DNA of 64,000 bases from a bacterium (GCA_963675295.2 CAXXKJ010000002.1:2720001-2784000), one strand, 5' to 3'; positions 1-10,776 are shown, counted from the first letter of the stretch. The notes: generated by a model not told the origin, from the sequence alone. Numbers and translations are program-made.

Positions 1-2
1 AG

Positions 3-182
3 TTTGAGAGCCTGCTGGTTCGGGAGGTGAGATACACCTTCAATCCGGTGTCCGGCGAGAGTTCCGACACGACCTACGTTTACTTTGTCCAGGACTACGG
101 CATCGTGAAATGGGATATTGCCGGGTTGCTCTACGAGTTGACCGATTATCTCCCTGGTGAGGGAGAAAACGGCGACGAGTGA
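3..182 (+). CDS. 3' end of a hypothetical protein, truncated by the window edge
   Basis: Frame 3 is open from the window start (FESLLVREVRYTF...VQDYGIVKWD...GENGDE) to TGA at 180-182; read manually. Confidence 0.55.
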   Translation, partial: FESLLVREVRYTFNPVSGESSDTTYVYFVQDYGIVKWDIAGLLYELTDYLPGEGENGDE

Positions 183-223
183 GAGTACGCTGGGTAGCCA
201 TTCATTTGACAGGTGTGTTTCCG

Positions 224-901
224 ATGGTCCGAACCTACACGTTGATCCTGATTCTTGCCTTGGTTGTGTGCGCAATCCCGGCGCACGCCGCCCCCTTTTC
301 CATCGCCCGAGTCCATTATGATGGCGGCGGCGACTGGTACGGCGACCCGTCTTCGCTGGTCAACCTGCAGGAGTACGTGCAACGGACCCTGGGGATCGAT
401 GTCACGGACAAAGAAGTAACGGTTCGGCTCACGGATGACGACCTGTTCCGCCATCCCTACCTGTATATGACCGGGCACGGCAACGTCCGTTTCAGTAACG
501 AGGAAGCGTCACGGCTGCGTGAGTACCTCCTCGGCGGTGGATTCATGCACGTGGACGACAATTACGGCCTCGATGACTCGTTCCGCCGTGAGCTGAAGAA
601 AGTCTTTCCGGATCGTGACCTGGTTGAAGTCCCGTTTGATCATCCACTCTACAGCACCGTGTTCCCCTTCCCCAACGGTCTGCCGAAGATTCATGAGCAC
701 GACGGCGAGCCAGCGCAAGGCTTTGCGATCATCAACGATGGCCGGGTGGTGCTGTTCTACAGCTACCAGAGCGATCTTGGGGATGGTTGGGAAGACCTGG
801 ATGTCCACAACCTCACCCCGGAAAAACACGAAGCCGCGTTGAAGATGGGCGTGAATTTGATCGCGTACGCCTTAAGCGGCCAGCCGGAAGCGTTACCGTA
901 A
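224..901 (+). CDS. DUF4159-family exported protein
   Basis: Signal peptide ending AHA, then YDGGGDWY, YPYLYMTGHG-like, GGF.HVDDNYG, DLGDGWED and ALKMGVN motifs typical of DUF4159. Confidence 0.85.
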   Translation: MVRTYTLILILALVVCAIPAHAAPFSIARVHYDGGGDWYGDPSSLVNLQEYVQRTLGIDVTDKEVTVRLTDDDLFRHPYLYMTGHGNVRFSNEEASRLREYLLGGGFMHVDDNYGLDDSFRRELKKVFPDRDLVEVPFDHPLYSTVFPFPNGLPKIHEHDGEPAQGFAIINDGRVVLFYSYQSDLGDGWEDLDVHNLTPEKHEAALKMGVNLIAYALSGQPEALP

Positions 902-1004
902 GCTGCCTTCTACGACTCTCCCCTTTTCCCTGTTTCCCGTTGAACCCGCCCTGCTACCGGTCTAGCTTGCCGATTCGGCATGCCAAACACTACCGGGAGA
1001 AAGC

Positions 1005-1736
1005 ATGGATCTGACACGGAGCGAGATTGGTCTAGCGGTCAAGGACCTGGAAGCTGAAATCGCCTTCTTCGAAAAGCTGGGCTTCAAGGCCTGCGAGAAC
1101 CAGGCTGAGAATCCTGCCCCGCATCGGATCATGACCGACGGGCGTCTCATACTCGGTCTCTATCAGCTGGAGTTTCAATCTCCGTTGGCTGGCTACTATT
1201 GCGAGGATATCGTCTGGGAGGTTCAGCAGCTGCGCAAGGCCGGCCTCGAGGTGCAGGAATTCCCGGATTCCTCCGGCAGCCTGGAGGCGGCGGTGGCACA
1301 AAGTCCGTCTGGTGTGCCCCTGTTTCTACAGCCCGGGTGGGTGTTCAAACATCCAGAACGGGTTGAGCCGTTTTCCCGTGCCGGCGTCTTCGGTGAACTG
1401 GCGATCCCGGTGAAGGACTACGAGGCCGAGGCGGACTTCTGGATCAAGGCAGGATTCGAGTATCGTGGCGGGCCATACACTGAACCGGAACACTGGGGTA
1501 TCCTCGGCGATCCTTCGCTGTCGGTCGGTATTCATCAGACGGACAACTACGACCAACCCGCGCTGACCTTCTTCTCAATGCAGCAGAAGGACCTGCTCTA
1601 CGATCTCGCGGTTGATGGTGCCGAGTTTCAGTGGACCACGCTGGACAAGGACCGCAACATCGTCAACGGTGCGTTGTTGACCCCCAATGGCTTCCTTGTC
1701 TTCCTCTTCACTGGTGACCTCAGCGACTTCGAGTGA
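1005..1736 (+). CDS. Tandem VOC/glyoxalase-like domain protein
   Basis: Two similar halves (IGLAVKDLEAEIAFFEKLGF and LAIPVKDYEAEADFWIKAGF). Confidence 0.7.
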   Translation: MDLTRSEIGLAVKDLEAEIAFFEKLGFKACENQAENPAPHRIMTDGRLILGLYQLEFQSPLAGYYCEDIVWEVQQLRKAGLEVQEFPDSSGSLEAAVAQSPSGVPLFLQPGWVFKHPERVEPFSRAGVFGELAIPVKDYEAEADFWIKAGFEYRGGPYTEPEHWGILGDPSLSVGIHQTDNYDQPALTFFSMQQKDLLYDLAVDGAEFQWTTLDKDRNIVNGALLTPNGFLVFLFTGDLSDFE

Positions 1737-1745
1737 GTTGCAACG

Positions 1746-1777
1746 AAAAAGCGGACGCTGATCGACTCAGCGTCCGC
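1746..1777 (-). terminator. Intrinsic terminator between convergent genes
   Basis: GCGGACGCTGA-5 nt-TCAGCGTCCGC stem with a T-tract on the minus strand. Confidence 0.7.
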
Positions 1778-1802
1778 CGTACAGCGAAACCCACGATCAG
1801 GT

Positions 1803-2285
1803 TCAGGCTTCGATCTTCAAACCAGTCGGCGAGAAGAAATACTCCGGGTTCGGGCACACATGATCCGGTTCGCCTTCTTCATGTTCTTCGTGTTCAGCGG
1901 TTGCGTATGGGTCACGCAGCTGCAGCTTGCCCTGGATGGTGACGTTGTGGTCAACGCAGTCTTCCGGGAAGATGAACGACTTGTCCGCAGTCTGAATGAT
2001 CAGGCCTTCGCTGTCCGGACCACGATCCAACGAAATCCAGCAGCCGGAGCCACCGCAACGGCCAATCACCTTGCCGCTGATCACCACGGTCTTGTCGAGA
2101 TAGTCATCCGGGGCCGCCATCATGTCGTCAATGGAGGTCACATCAGCAATGGTGATTTCCTGGCCGACGACCTTTGCGTCGGTCGCATGAGTGTCTTCCG
2201 TCATCTCGGCGCTCTTTTCGCCCGTCGAACAGGCCACCAACGCCAGAACCATGATTCCCAAAACAATCGTCTTCAGCAACTTCAT
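1803..2285 (-). CDS. DUF4920-like OB-fold lipoprotein
   Basis: Lipobox LVAC, G.VIGRC...GCWI motif, F.FP and a His/Glu-rich segment before HVCPN. Confidence 0.7.
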   Translation of the reverse strand: MKLLKTIVLGIMVLALVACSTGEKSAEMTEDTHATDAKVVGQEITIADVTSIDDMMAAPDDYLDKTVVISGKVIGRCGGSGCWISLDRGPDSEGLIIQTADKSFIFPEDCVDHNVTIQGKLQLRDPYATAEHEEHEEGEPDHVCPNPEYFFSPTGLKIEA

Positions 2286-2338
2286 GCCACTCTCTCCGTA
2301 ACGTCGTCGTTTTCTGGACCCAATGTCCGCCCTCTGAT

Positions 2339-2866
2339 TCACCACACGTTGGGCATGCCGGGGCTCGTATCCTTCAAAGTCTGCTCCAACCTGCGGTTGA
2401 GCAGGGTAACATGACTCATCTCTTCCTTGATGATGCTGTCGACCTTTTTCTGGCCGAGGTCTTCCGGCATCAGGATCTTGATTCCGGAATAAAAGGCGAT
2501 GGTGTCTTTCTCGAGCAGGATCGCGGTGCGCAGAATGTCCGCCAGCGGTTCCTCGCCCTTGAGGTGCCGTGAAGGATCACCCTCAACGCCAAACACCTTG
2601 CCATGCATCATCGCCTGGATGTACTGACCCGCTTCCCCCTGCGGATCATAAATGCCTTCTCCGAACTCTTTTGCGGCGATCCGTTCACGCATGCGAATGA
2701 ACACGCGCTCGTGATCATCTTCCATCGCCGCCAGTTCGAGCAGCATCTCGGTGGCGATATTCGCTTCGAAATTCTTTGCGGCGGTGCGGTAGTACCGTGC
2801 ACCGTTACGTTCCATCTGTTCCGCCATTTCGAAGACTTCATCGATGTTGTAAATCTGGTCCGCCAT
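2339..2866 (-). CDS. Rubrerythrin/ferritin-like di-iron protein
   Basis: E..G..YY, EDDH, E..T..FY and EEMSH di-iron ligand pattern. Confidence 0.85.
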   Translation of the reverse strand: MADQIYNIDEVFEMAEQMERNGARYYRTAAKNFEANIATEMLLELAAMEDDHERVFIRMRERIAAKEFGEGIYDPQGEAGQYIQAMMHGKVFGVEGDPSRHLKGEEPLADILRTAILLEKDTIAFYSGIKILMPEDLGQKKVDSIIKEEMSHVTLLNRRLEQTLKDTSPGMPNVW

Positions 2867-3098
2867 GAATCGCTCCGCGCTGGGGGAAATATTGTGTGTT
2901 CGTTCCGCGAAATATAACGCTCGTTGTTATGCTTTTCACACAACCGGGCTCGGCAAGCCGGGTTTGGTCGTGCACAAGTAAAGATGGGGACATCTGAACG
3001 GATCAAACAACATCACTCGCAGGCATTGTTCAGGCTCAACATATGAACTTTCAACGAGTACGTTGCTTCAAACCGCTCAGTTGTCCCCGAGTCATGAA

Positions 3099-3623
3099 TT
3101 ACAGATTGTAGAAATGAAGATCAGCACCGGAGGCGGAACGGACCATGGTCACGATCTGCCCGGTGTGATAACTGAAATGCTCGACCACGTGAATGCATGC
3201 GTTCAATGGCGTCGTGTCAAACGACTGGATGACCACCGGCCGGAGCCAGTCCTCATCCGAACGTGGCTGCAGCATGACCTCGCACGCCTGGTTGACCGTC
3301 GCTTCCAGCGCGTTGTACAGCGTCCATTTGTCCGCACCGTCGTCCGCGGCGAATTCGGCGTCACGGTCGCGCCGGTCATCTTCCCCGCCGAGTCCATGGA
3401 TCATCCACTGGCGGATGTTTCCTTCCATGTGCAGCAGCAGGTTGCCGATACTGTTGACGCCGTCATTGGGACGCCGCCAGATGAGGTCATCGTCGGCGGT
3501 CGTCAGCGCTTCCCGAATCCATGGGAGGTAATACCCCTGGAGTTTGTTCACGAGCTCAGCAGGCAGCGCAGTCGCGACCCGTGTGTGACCGGTGACAGCT
3601 CGTTCGCCGGTGCGTGAGAGCAT
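3099..3623 (-). CDS. DinB/DUF1572 family protein
   Basis: NSIGNLLLH.EGN, RDRDAEF and HVVEHFSYHTGQI; start codon uncertain. Confidence 0.85.
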   Translation of the reverse strand: MLSRTGERAVTGHTRVATALPAELVNKLQGYYLPWIREALTTADDDLIWRRPNDGVNSIGNLLLHMEGNIRQWMIHGLGGEDDRRDRDAEFAADDGADKWTLYNALEATVNQACEVMLQPRSDEDWLRPVVIQSFDTTPLNACIHVVEHFSYHTGQIVTMVRSASGADLHFYNL

Positions 3624-3678
3624 GAACAGAATCTCCGTTGCGGAAACGCCCGCAGATGCGGGCGTGGGAAAAGTCTCG

Positions 3679-4683
3679 TCAGGCGGGTTGGACAACCAGC
3701 TGGTCGTCCGGCGTTTCGACATAGGCCCGCGCCGGCCCCTCGTACGCCTCTTCTTCCTGCAGCAGCGCTTCCTTCAACGAATGCAGCGCCACTTCAACCT
3801 GGGTCTCGTCCGGCTCACGGGTGGTAATACCCTGCAACCAGAATCCCGGTTTGACCAACGGCTGCCACAGCTTCTCTTCCGAATGCTTCTCGACCAGGCG
3901 CAGGACTTCATACGCCAGCCCCGCCACCAGTGGAATCGCGGGCAGGTGAATCAGCAGACGGGTGAAAATATTGCGGAAATCGCCGAGGTAGTAAATCCAG
4001 GCTGCATCAAACAGCGCGAACCCGATCATCGTCAGTACCGCCGCGAGCAGCAGGAAGCTTGTCCCGCAACGGGGGTGGAAACGGCTTTGGGCGCACGCAT
4101 TCGTCGTCTCCAGCGCGAGCAGCTTCTCCCACGCGAAGATCGACTTATGCTCAGCACCGTGGTACTGGAACACACGCTTGATGTCCGGCAGCAGCGAGAT
4201 ACCGTACATGTACAGCAGCAGCAGCGCGATGCGTAACGATCCGGCAACAGCGTGGAACAGGAACGGGTTCGACTCGACCGGCGTCGCCTCCGCAGCGGCG
4301 TACGGCACGAGCATGAACAGTCCAATCCCGAGCACAATCGAGAGGGTGAACGTAATCACCATCTCGAAAACCTGGCTCGCCTTGGACCGTTTCTTCTCCG
4401 AGTCGTCCGCGATCTCAGCGGACCACTTCAGAGCGTCCATGCCGATGCGTAACGCCTCCAGCAGACCCACCGCGCCCCGGATCACCGGCAAACCGAAGAT
4501 CTTGTTGCGCTTGGTGAGACTGATGAACGGAGCGCCGCGAGTGATGATCTCTCCCTCGGGATTGCGCACGGCGACCGCCACACGCCACGGGGAACGCATC
4601 ATCACGCCTTCAATCACGGCCTGTCCGCCCACCATCGGGCGCTTGCCGTTGCAAGTGGCTCCGTTTTGCTTCCCGGAGCTCAC
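3679..4683 (-). CDS. DUF1385 (YqhQ-like) membrane protein
   Basis: [27 protein letters not shown] and TTREP; usual neighbour of rpmE. Confidence 0.92.
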   Translation of the reverse strand: MSSGKQNGATCNGKRPMVGGQAVIEGVMMRSPWRVAVAVRNPEGEIITRGAPFISLTKRNKIFGLPVIRGAVGLLEALRIGMDALKWSAEIADDSEKKRSKASQVFEMVITFTLSIVLGIGLFMLVPYAAAEATPVESNPFLFHAVAGSLRIALLLLYMYGISLLPDIKRVFQYHGAEHKSIFAWEKLLALETTNACAQSRFHPRCGTSFLLLAAVLTMIGFALFDAAWIYYLGDFRNIFTRLLIHLPAIPLVAGLAYEVLRLVEKHSEEKLWQPLVKPGFWLQGITTREPDETQVEVALHSLKEALLQEEEAYEGPARAYVETPDDQLVVQPA

Positions 4684-4892
4684 GCGCCCTGCTTCATGCC
4701 ATACTTGCGGTAGAACTTGTCAACACGGCCGGCGGTGTCGACCAGCTTCTGCTTGCCGGTAAAGAACGGGTGGCAGGCGGAGCAGATTTCAACCTTGATC
4801 TCGTCCGGCTGGGTGCTGCGGGTATGCCACTCATCGCCACAGGCGCAGGACACCTTGACGTAATGATACTTCGGGTGAATGCCGTCTTTCAT
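4680..4892 (-). CDS. rpmE: 50S ribosomal protein L31, zinc-binding type
   Basis: [26 protein letters not shown] and GRVDKF. Confidence 0.97.
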   Translation of the reverse strand: MKDGIHPKYHYVKVSCACGDEWHTRSTQPDEIKVEICSACHPFFTGKQKLVDTAGRVDKFYRKYGMKQGA

Positions 4893-5081
4893 GGTACTAT
4901 CCTGAAACATGTTGTGAATACGAGAAACGAAAGGTACTAGGTCTTCCCGTACGAAACAAGCGATGGTACAGGTTCGGGAGACTCGACGCAAGGCGTCCGC
5001 CTCGCGTTCCTCTTGACCACTCGCACAAGCTGATCAGAGTTTCCACTCACCTGTAAGATACAATCAACCCGTGGAGGTTTC

Positions 5082-5384
5082 ATGGCCCTGCTAGCCATCA
5101 GTGTAGCACCCGGCGGAACCGGCGGCACCAGCGTCAGCGAGTATGTTGCCAGGGCGATCCAGGTCGCACGTGAGGACGGACGCGTCAACGTTGAGCTCGG
5201 CCCGATGTTCAGCACGCTGGAAGGATCGTTCGAGGATGTCTGGGATGTCGCCCGCAAGATGCACCAGTCGCTGGTCGATCAGGGCGCGCCACGGATCGCA
5301 ACCGTGATCAAGATCGACGACCGGCGCGACAAGGAATCGACGATGAAGAGTAAGGTGGCTGCGGTAAACTCCAAACTGGGTTGA
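5082..5384 (+). CDS. MTH1187/thiamine-binding family protein
   Basis: SVSEYVA, LGPMFSTLEG and IKIDDRRDK..TM..KV. Confidence 0.88.
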   Translation: MALLAISVAPGGTGGTSVSEYVARAIQVAREDGRVNVELGPMFSTLEGSFEDVWDVARKMHQSLVDQGAPRIATVIKIDDRRDKESTMKSKVAAVNSKLG

Positions 5385-5440
5385 ACTAGAAGTCGTCCGC
5401 TGTGAACTTGTTGGCGACCAGCACTTCTACTGAACAAAAC

Positions 5441-5468
5441 GGGGACACTTAACGGAGTAAGTGTCCCC
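5441..5468. repeat. REP-like hairpin, family GGGGACACTT
   Basis: GGGGACACTTA-ACGGAG-TAAGTGTCCCC; same core recurs at 30110-30137 and 30151-30191. Confidence 0.7.
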
Positions 5469-5480
5469 TCTATTTCCAGC

Positions 5481-5540
5481 ACTTCTGTGCTTTCGACACA
5501 GTACTTCTGTACTCTCGACTTCGTACTTCTGTACGTACTT
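5481..5540. repeat. Degenerate short tandem repeats (GTACTT-based)
   Basis: cagtacttctgtactctcgacttcgtacttctgtacgtactt; related to the array at 12423-12562. Confidence 0.55.
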
Positions 5541-5545
5541 CCAGC

Positions 5546-7012
5546 CTACAGCAACACCGTCACCGAGCGTGTCGCAACCGCCAGCAGAGCGTCCGGGAAG
5601 AATCCGATCAGCAGCACCAGGATGACGCAGAAGATCACAATCGGCACCATCTCGCCGCTGAGGTTGAAGCCGGGAGTTTCACTCGCTTCGTCACGTTCCT
5701 TGAGGAACATGAACACGATCAGCCGCAGGTAGTAATACACGCTCACCGCGCTGTTCAGCACACCGATCACCGCCAGCCCGACGAATCCGCTCTTCACCGC
5801 CGCGCTGAAGATATAATACTTGCCGAAGAAGCCCGCTGTCGGCGGGATACCGGCCAATGCCAGCATGAACACCAGCATCGCCAACGCAAGCGCGGGTTTT
5901 CGGAAGACAAGCCCGCGATAGTCCTCAAACGCGTACCCCTTCTCGTCGTTCTCGTTCCGGTTGACCGCAATCGCGACGAGGAACGCGCCGATGTTCATCA
6001 GGGCGTAAATCATCAGGTAGAACAGGATCGCAGCGGCACCCATCTGTTCGAACGTCAGCAACGCGACGGCCAGGTAGCCAGCGTGTGTGATTGACGAGAA
6101 CGCCAGCATGCGCTTGACGCTGTCCTGCCGCAGGGCGAGCAGATTACCGAAGGTCATCGTGATCGCAGCGATGACCCACAGGATCGTTGTCCACGTCTCC
6201 GACATATCTCCGAATGCGACGTAGAAGACCCGCAGGAACGCGGCAAACGCTGCCGCTTTCGGTGCGGTAGACATGAACGCGGTGACCGTGGTCGGCGCGC
6301 CTTCGTAGGCATCCGGCGACCACCAATGGAACGGAACCAAAGCGGCCTTGAACGCAAACGCGACCAGGATCAGCCCGGCGGACGCCCACGCCAGCATCGG
6401 CACGTTGCCGGATACGCCGCTGAGGTAGACCATGATGTCGACGATGTTCGTCGAACCGACCACACCGAACATCAGCGCGATACCGTACACGAAGAAGCCG
6501 GTGGTGAACGATCCGAGCAGGAAGTACTTGATCGCGCCTTCGTTGGACGCATGCTTGTGGCGTGACATGCCGACCAGGGCGTAGAGGCAGACGGACATCG
6601 TCTCAATGCCGAGGAACACGATCAGCAGGTCCTGCGCCATCGCCATCAGCAGCATGCCGAACAGGCTGAATACCAACAGCAGGTAATATTCAGCGATTCG
6701 GATGTTGAGGCTGCCGAGGTAGGTTTCACTGACGGTGACGATCAGCAGCGTGATGAACGTAAGCACCAGCCGGAAAAACATGGTAAAGCCGTCAATCACG
6801 ACCATCCCGCCGAACGCGGGACCGGTGTTTTCCCGGTTGAAGAATGTCGAGGCCAGGACCACAATCAGCCCGATGATGACGGTCCATTGAACGCCACGTG
6901 TACTCTTGCCCTTCGGGAGCATGACATCAACCAGAATCGCGGTGAGCGCGACACCGATCAGGATCATCTCCGGCAGCAAGCGGCTGATTTGCATGGTGGC
7001 AACGTCGAACAT
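5546..7012 (-). CDS. nuoN: NADH-quinone oxidoreductase subunit N
   Basis: Polytopic; EGAIKYFLLG, FK..LVPFHWW.PDAYEGAP, KRMLAFSSITH and GIPPTAGF.GK. Confidence 0.96.
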   Translation of the reverse strand: MFDVATMQISRLLPEMILIGVALTAILVDVMLPKGKSTRGVQWTVIIGLIVVLASTFFNRENTGPAFGGMVVIDGFTMFFRLVLTFITLLIVTVSETYLGSLNIRIAEYYLLLVFSLFGMLLMAMAQDLLIVFLGIETMSVCLYALVGMSRHKHASNEGAIKYFLLGSFTTGFFVYGIALMFGVVGSTNIVDIMVYLSGVSGNVPMLAWASAGLILVAFAFKAALVPFHWWSPDAYEGAPTTVTAFMSTAPKAAAFAAFLRVFYVAFGDMSETWTTILWVIAAITMTFGNLLALRQDSVKRMLAFSSITHAGYLAVALLTFEQMGAAAILFYLMIYALMNIGAFLVAIAVNRNENDEKGYAFEDYRGLVFRKPALALAMLVFMLALAGIPPTAGFFGKYYIFSAAVKSGFVGLAVIGVLNSAVSVYYYLRLIVFMFLKERDEASETPGFNLSGEMVPIVIFCVILVLLIGFFPDALLAVATRSVTVLL

Positions 7013-7030
7013 GTCAGGCTCCTCCCGTCC

Positions 7031-8509
7031 TTAGCGGATGGTCTGTTCCAGGAAATGCTGGATCGAGACGGTGAACTTGGACAGGAATGTGTGTGGGTAA
7101 ACACCAATCCAGACGATAAAGATCAAGAGCGGAATCAGAGACGCCCATTCGCGCACGGTCAGGTCGGTCAGCGACTCGTTTTCCTTGTGCGTCATCGGAC
7201 CGTAGAACACACGGCGAATCATCCACAAAAGATAGATGGCGGCAAGAATGACCCCCGTGGCGGCAATGATTGCCCACACCGGGTGAGATTTGAACGCGCC
7301 AACCAGGATCAGGAATTCACCGATGAAACCGTTCAGGCCCGGCATGCCGATACTCGACAGGGCGACCGCGGTGAACACCACAGCGTACCACGGCATTACT
7401 TTCGCGATGCCGCCGTAATCAGCGATCATGCGTGTGTGGCGGCGGTCATAGACGACGCCGACCAGGAGGAACAACGCGCCCGTGGACAGACCGTGGTTGA
7501 CCATCTGGATCAATGCGCCGCTTACCGCCTGTGCATTCAACGCGAACAGGCCGAGCATCACGAAACCAAGGTGGCTGACGGACGAATACGCCACCAGCTT
7601 CTTCATGTCCTTCTGGGCGATACTGACCATCGCGCCGTAGACGATACCAATCACCGCCAGCGCGATCATCACCGGCTTGAAGTGGTCCACCCCATCGGGG
7701 AACATCGGCATCGCGAAGCGGATGTAGCCGTAGGTTCCCATCTTCAGCAGCACGCCGGCCAGAATAACGGATCCGGCGGTTGGCGCCTGGACGTGTGCAT
7801 CCGGCAACCACGTGTGGAACGGGAACATCGGTACCTTGATCGCAAACGCCAGTGCGAAGGCGGCGAACAACCACAGCTGTGCGTGTACGTCAAAGTGCGC
7901 GTACTGTACCAGCTGGGTGTAGTCGAAGGTGTGCCCAACGCCCGGAACGGTCGTGTTGAAATAGATCCACAGAATGGCGACCAGCATCAACAGCGAGCCA
8001 ACCATCGTGTAGATGAAGAACTTGACGGCCGCGTAGATGCGCTCCACCCCGCCCCAGATCCCGATCAGGAAGTACATCGGGATCAGCATTACTTCCCAGA
8101 AGATGTAGAAGAGGAACAAGTCAAGGGCGAGAAATGCGCCCAGCATGCCTGTCTGCAACAACAGGATGCTGATAAAATAGCCCTTGAGGTGTTTCTTGAT
8201 GGCGCCACTCCCCAGGATCACGATCGGCCCGAGGAAGGTCGTCAACAGCACCAGCAACAAGCTGATGCCGTCGAGGCCGAGGTGGTAATTGATCCCGATG
8301 GAAGGAATCCACGGCACCTTTTCGACGAATTGAAACGCCGCGCTGCTCGCATCAAACGCCCAGAACAAGGGCAGACTGACGATAAACCCGATCAGCATCA
8401 CCACGAACGAGAACCCACGGATCAACGCGGATTTGGATGCTGGTACGAGAATCAGCAGCAGCGCCCCGAGCAACGGGATGAATACGATGCTGGTTAACCA
8501 CAAGGACAT
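7031..8509 (-). CDS. nuoM: NADH-quinone oxidoreductase subunit M
   Basis: FYIFWEVMLIPMY, KVPMFPFHTWLPDAHVQAP and KKLVAYSSVSH. Confidence 0.97.
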   Translation of the reverse strand: MSLWLTSIVFIPLLGALLLILVPASKSALIRGFSFVVMLIGFIVSLPLFWAFDASSAAFQFVEKVPWIPSIGINYHLGLDGISLLLVLLTTFLGPIVILGSGAIKKHLKGYFISILLLQTGMLGAFLALDLFLFYIFWEVMLIPMYFLIGIWGGVERIYAAVKFFIYTMVGSLLMLVAILWIYFNTTVPGVGHTFDYTQLVQYAHFDVHAQLWLFAAFALAFAIKVPMFPFHTWLPDAHVQAPTAGSVILAGVLLKMGTYGYIRFAMPMFPDGVDHFKPVMIALAVIGIVYGAMVSIAQKDMKKLVAYSSVSHLGFVMLGLFALNAQAVSGALIQMVNHGLSTGALFLLVGVVYDRRHTRMIADYGGIAKVMPWYAVVFTAVALSSIGMPGLNGFIGEFLILVGAFKSHPVWAIIAATGVILAAIYLLWMIRRVFYGPMTHKENESLTDLTVREWASLIPLLIFIVWIGVYPHTFLSKFTVSIQHFLEQTIR

Positions 8510-8669
8510 TGCGGTCTCCCTCAAAGGCTATGGGCCATGGGCACTCGGCTCCGCCGCCTGCCACACAACCGGTCTCCCTGCCCCCAAACGTCCGGGGGTT
8601 GTGTCAATGCCTCAATTGCCCGCATCAAGCGCAGGCAAGGTCACTGTCTTACGACTCTTCTATTACCTC

Positions 8670-8695
8670 TTACCACGGACTTAAGTCCGTGGTAA
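8670..8695. repeat. 26-bp perfect palindrome (REP-like), copy 1
   Basis: TTACCACGGACTTAAGTCCGTGGTAA in the nuoL-nuoM spacer. Confidence 0.9.
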
Positions 8696-8712
8696 AGGCG
8701 CAAGGGTGATCG

Positions 8713-10776
8713 CTACCTCACGTAGATGGCGAGCAGAATTGCCACCACGCCGATCACCAACAACACGGCGTAGTTACCGACGATACCGGTCTGCAGGGTA
8801 CGCAGCACGCTGCCGCCCCACCGGACCGTCCTCGCGCTACCGTGCACCATACCGCCGTCCACGACCTTCTCGTCCACGCCCTTCCAGAAGAACTTGCACG
8901 TCTTGATCAGCGGCTGAATCACGCCAGCATTGTAAATCTCGTCGACGTAGTACTTCTTCCACAGCACTTTGCCAAAACCGGCCTGCGCGCTGTCGGGCTG
9001 GGCTTCACGGCCCTGCTTGATGTAAAACGTCCATGCCAGCCCGATCCCGAACAGGGCGGTGAGCACGGCAATCGTGATCAGCACCCACTCAGTGCCCATC
9101 GACAGATGTTCCGGGTGGTAGTGCACCGCTTCGAAGGACGGTGCAAACACCGGCTCGAGCCAGTGGTGCATCTTGTTCAGGTTCTCGCCCAGCACAGGCG
9201 GCAAGCCGACCCAGCCACCAATCACGGCAAGGATCGCCAGAATCATCAGCGGCACGGTCATCACCGCCGGGCTCTCATGCAACGCTTCCTCGCTGCCTTC
9301 CGGCCCCTTGTACTTGCCGTAGAACGTCAGATATACCAGCCGGAACATGTAGAATGCGGTCAGCCCCGCAGCGACGAGGCCCAGCAGGTACGGCAGGATC
9401 GTCAGGCCGCCTTCGCCCTTGAAGAACATGAACGCGTATGCGAGGATCTCGTCCTTGCTGAAGAAGCCGGAGAAGCCTGGAATACCGGCAATCGCCAGCG
9501 TCGCCAACAGGAATGTCCAGAAGGTCACCGGGATCTTCTTGCGCAAGCCACCCATATTGCGCATGTCCTGCGGGTCGGTGTGATGATCATGGACATGGTG
9601 CAGCGCGCCATGCATCGAATGAATCACCGCGCCGGAACCGAGGAACAACAGGGCCTTAAAGAATGCGTGCGTCATCAGGTGGAACACACCCGCGCCAAAT
9701 GCGAACACGCCGCATGCCATCACCATGTAGCCGAGCTGGCTGACGGTGGAATAGGCGAGCACTTTCTTGATGTCGAACTGGCGCAACCCGATGGTCGCGG
9801 CGAACAACGCGGTGAAGCCACCGATCAGGGCGACCACCCACGCGGCGTTCGGAGCGAGCACGTAGAACATGGACGACCGCGCGATCATGTACACGCCGGC
9901 GGTGACCATCGTCGCGGCGTGAATCAGCGCGGATACTGGTGTCGGACCGGCCATCGCGTCCGGCAACCACACGTACAGCGGGAACTGCGCCGATTTACCA
10001 GCGGCACCGAGTAGCAGCATCAGGCCAATGCCGACCACGACGGCATTGTTCAGATCATGGGCGTAATGGCTTGCCGCGGCCGGGAAGACTTCATTGAAGG
10101 TCAGTGTGCCGAGGTGCGAGAACATCAGGAACATCGCGATCAGCACGCCGAAGTCGCCGATACGGTTGACGACGAAGGCCTTCATACCCGCCTCGGCCTT
10201 CTGCATATCCTCCCACCAGAATCCGATCAGTAGGTAGGACGCCAGGCCGACGCCTTCCCAGCCGATGAACATGATCGGATAATTGTTGCCAAGCACGAGG
10301 ATCAACATGAAGAAGACGAACAGGTTCAGGTAGGTGAAGAACACCCGGAACCGCGGATCGTCGTGCATGTAGCCGATGGAATAGATATGGATCAACGCGC
10401 TGATGCCGGTGACGACGAGAATCATCAACACGGACAGCGGATCGATCAGGAACGCGAAGTCCAGGTGCAATCCGCCGATATTCAGCCAGTTGAAGAAGGT
10501 GACGTTGATCGAACGATGGTGCGGGTCGAGCTTCAGCAGCTGCATGAACAGCGAAACGGCCACGCCGAAACTGCCGATGATCATCAGGCTGCCGAACCAG
10601 CCGGTCAGTTTCTCCGGCCAGTTTCGGTTGATCAACCCGTTCACGATCATCCCGATCAACGGAAACAGGAGCAGCCAGATGGCGTAGTGCAGGTCGGGCG
10701 CGTGCGCCGCCGCGGCGGCAACAGTGTCTGCCGCGTGATGCACCTGCTCAGCTGCGTGTTCCATGCTGTGGTCCAC
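8713..10776 (-). CDS. nuoL: NADH-quinone oxidoreductase subunit L
   Basis: GWEGVGLASY, KAFVVNRIGD, GKSAQFPL.VWLPDAMAGPTPVSALIHAATMV; GTG start with upstream GGGGAGG. Confidence 0.97.
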   Translation of the reverse strand: MDHSMEHAAEQVHHAADTVAAAAAHAPDLHYAIWLLLFPLIGMIVNGLINRNWPEKLTGWFGSLMIIGSFGVAVSLFMQLLKLDPHHRSINVTFFNWLNIGGLHLDFAFLIDPLSVLMILVVTGISALIHIYSIGYMHDDPRFRVFFTYLNLFVFFMLILVLGNNYPIMFIGWEGVGLASYLLIGFWWEDMQKAEAGMKAFVVNRIGDFGVLIAMFLMFSHLGTLTFNEVFPAAASHYAHDLNNAVVVGIGLMLLLGAAGKSAQFPLYVWLPDAMAGPTPVSALIHAATMVTAGVYMIARSSMFYVLAPNAAWVVALIGGFTALFAATIGLRQFDIKKVLAYSTVSQLGYMVMACGVFAFGAGVFHLMTHAFFKALLFLGSGAVIHSMHGALHHVHDHHTDPQDMRNMGGLRKKIPVTFWTFLLATLAIAGIPGFSGFFSKDEILAYAFMFFKGEGGLTILPYLLGLVAAGLTAFYMFRLVYLTFYGKYKGPEGSEEALHESPAVMTVPLMILAILAVIGGWVGLPPVLGENLNKMHHWLEPVFAPSFEAVHYHPEHLSMGTEWVLITIAVLTALFGIGLAWTFYIKQGREAQPDSAQAGFGKVLWKKYYVDEIYNAGVIQPLIKTCKFFWKGVDEKVVDGGMVHGSARTVRWGGSVLRTLQTGIVGNYAVLLVIGVVAILLAIYVR

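Noticed and set aside
6887-8497. Long plus-strand ORFs opposite nuo, rnf, glyA, gingipain and uvrA genes (also 13853-15322, 21843-23654, 28022-29455, 34323-36947, 46030-47997)
   Set aside because: Antisense shadows of well-supported GC-rich genes; no motifs and implausible composition.
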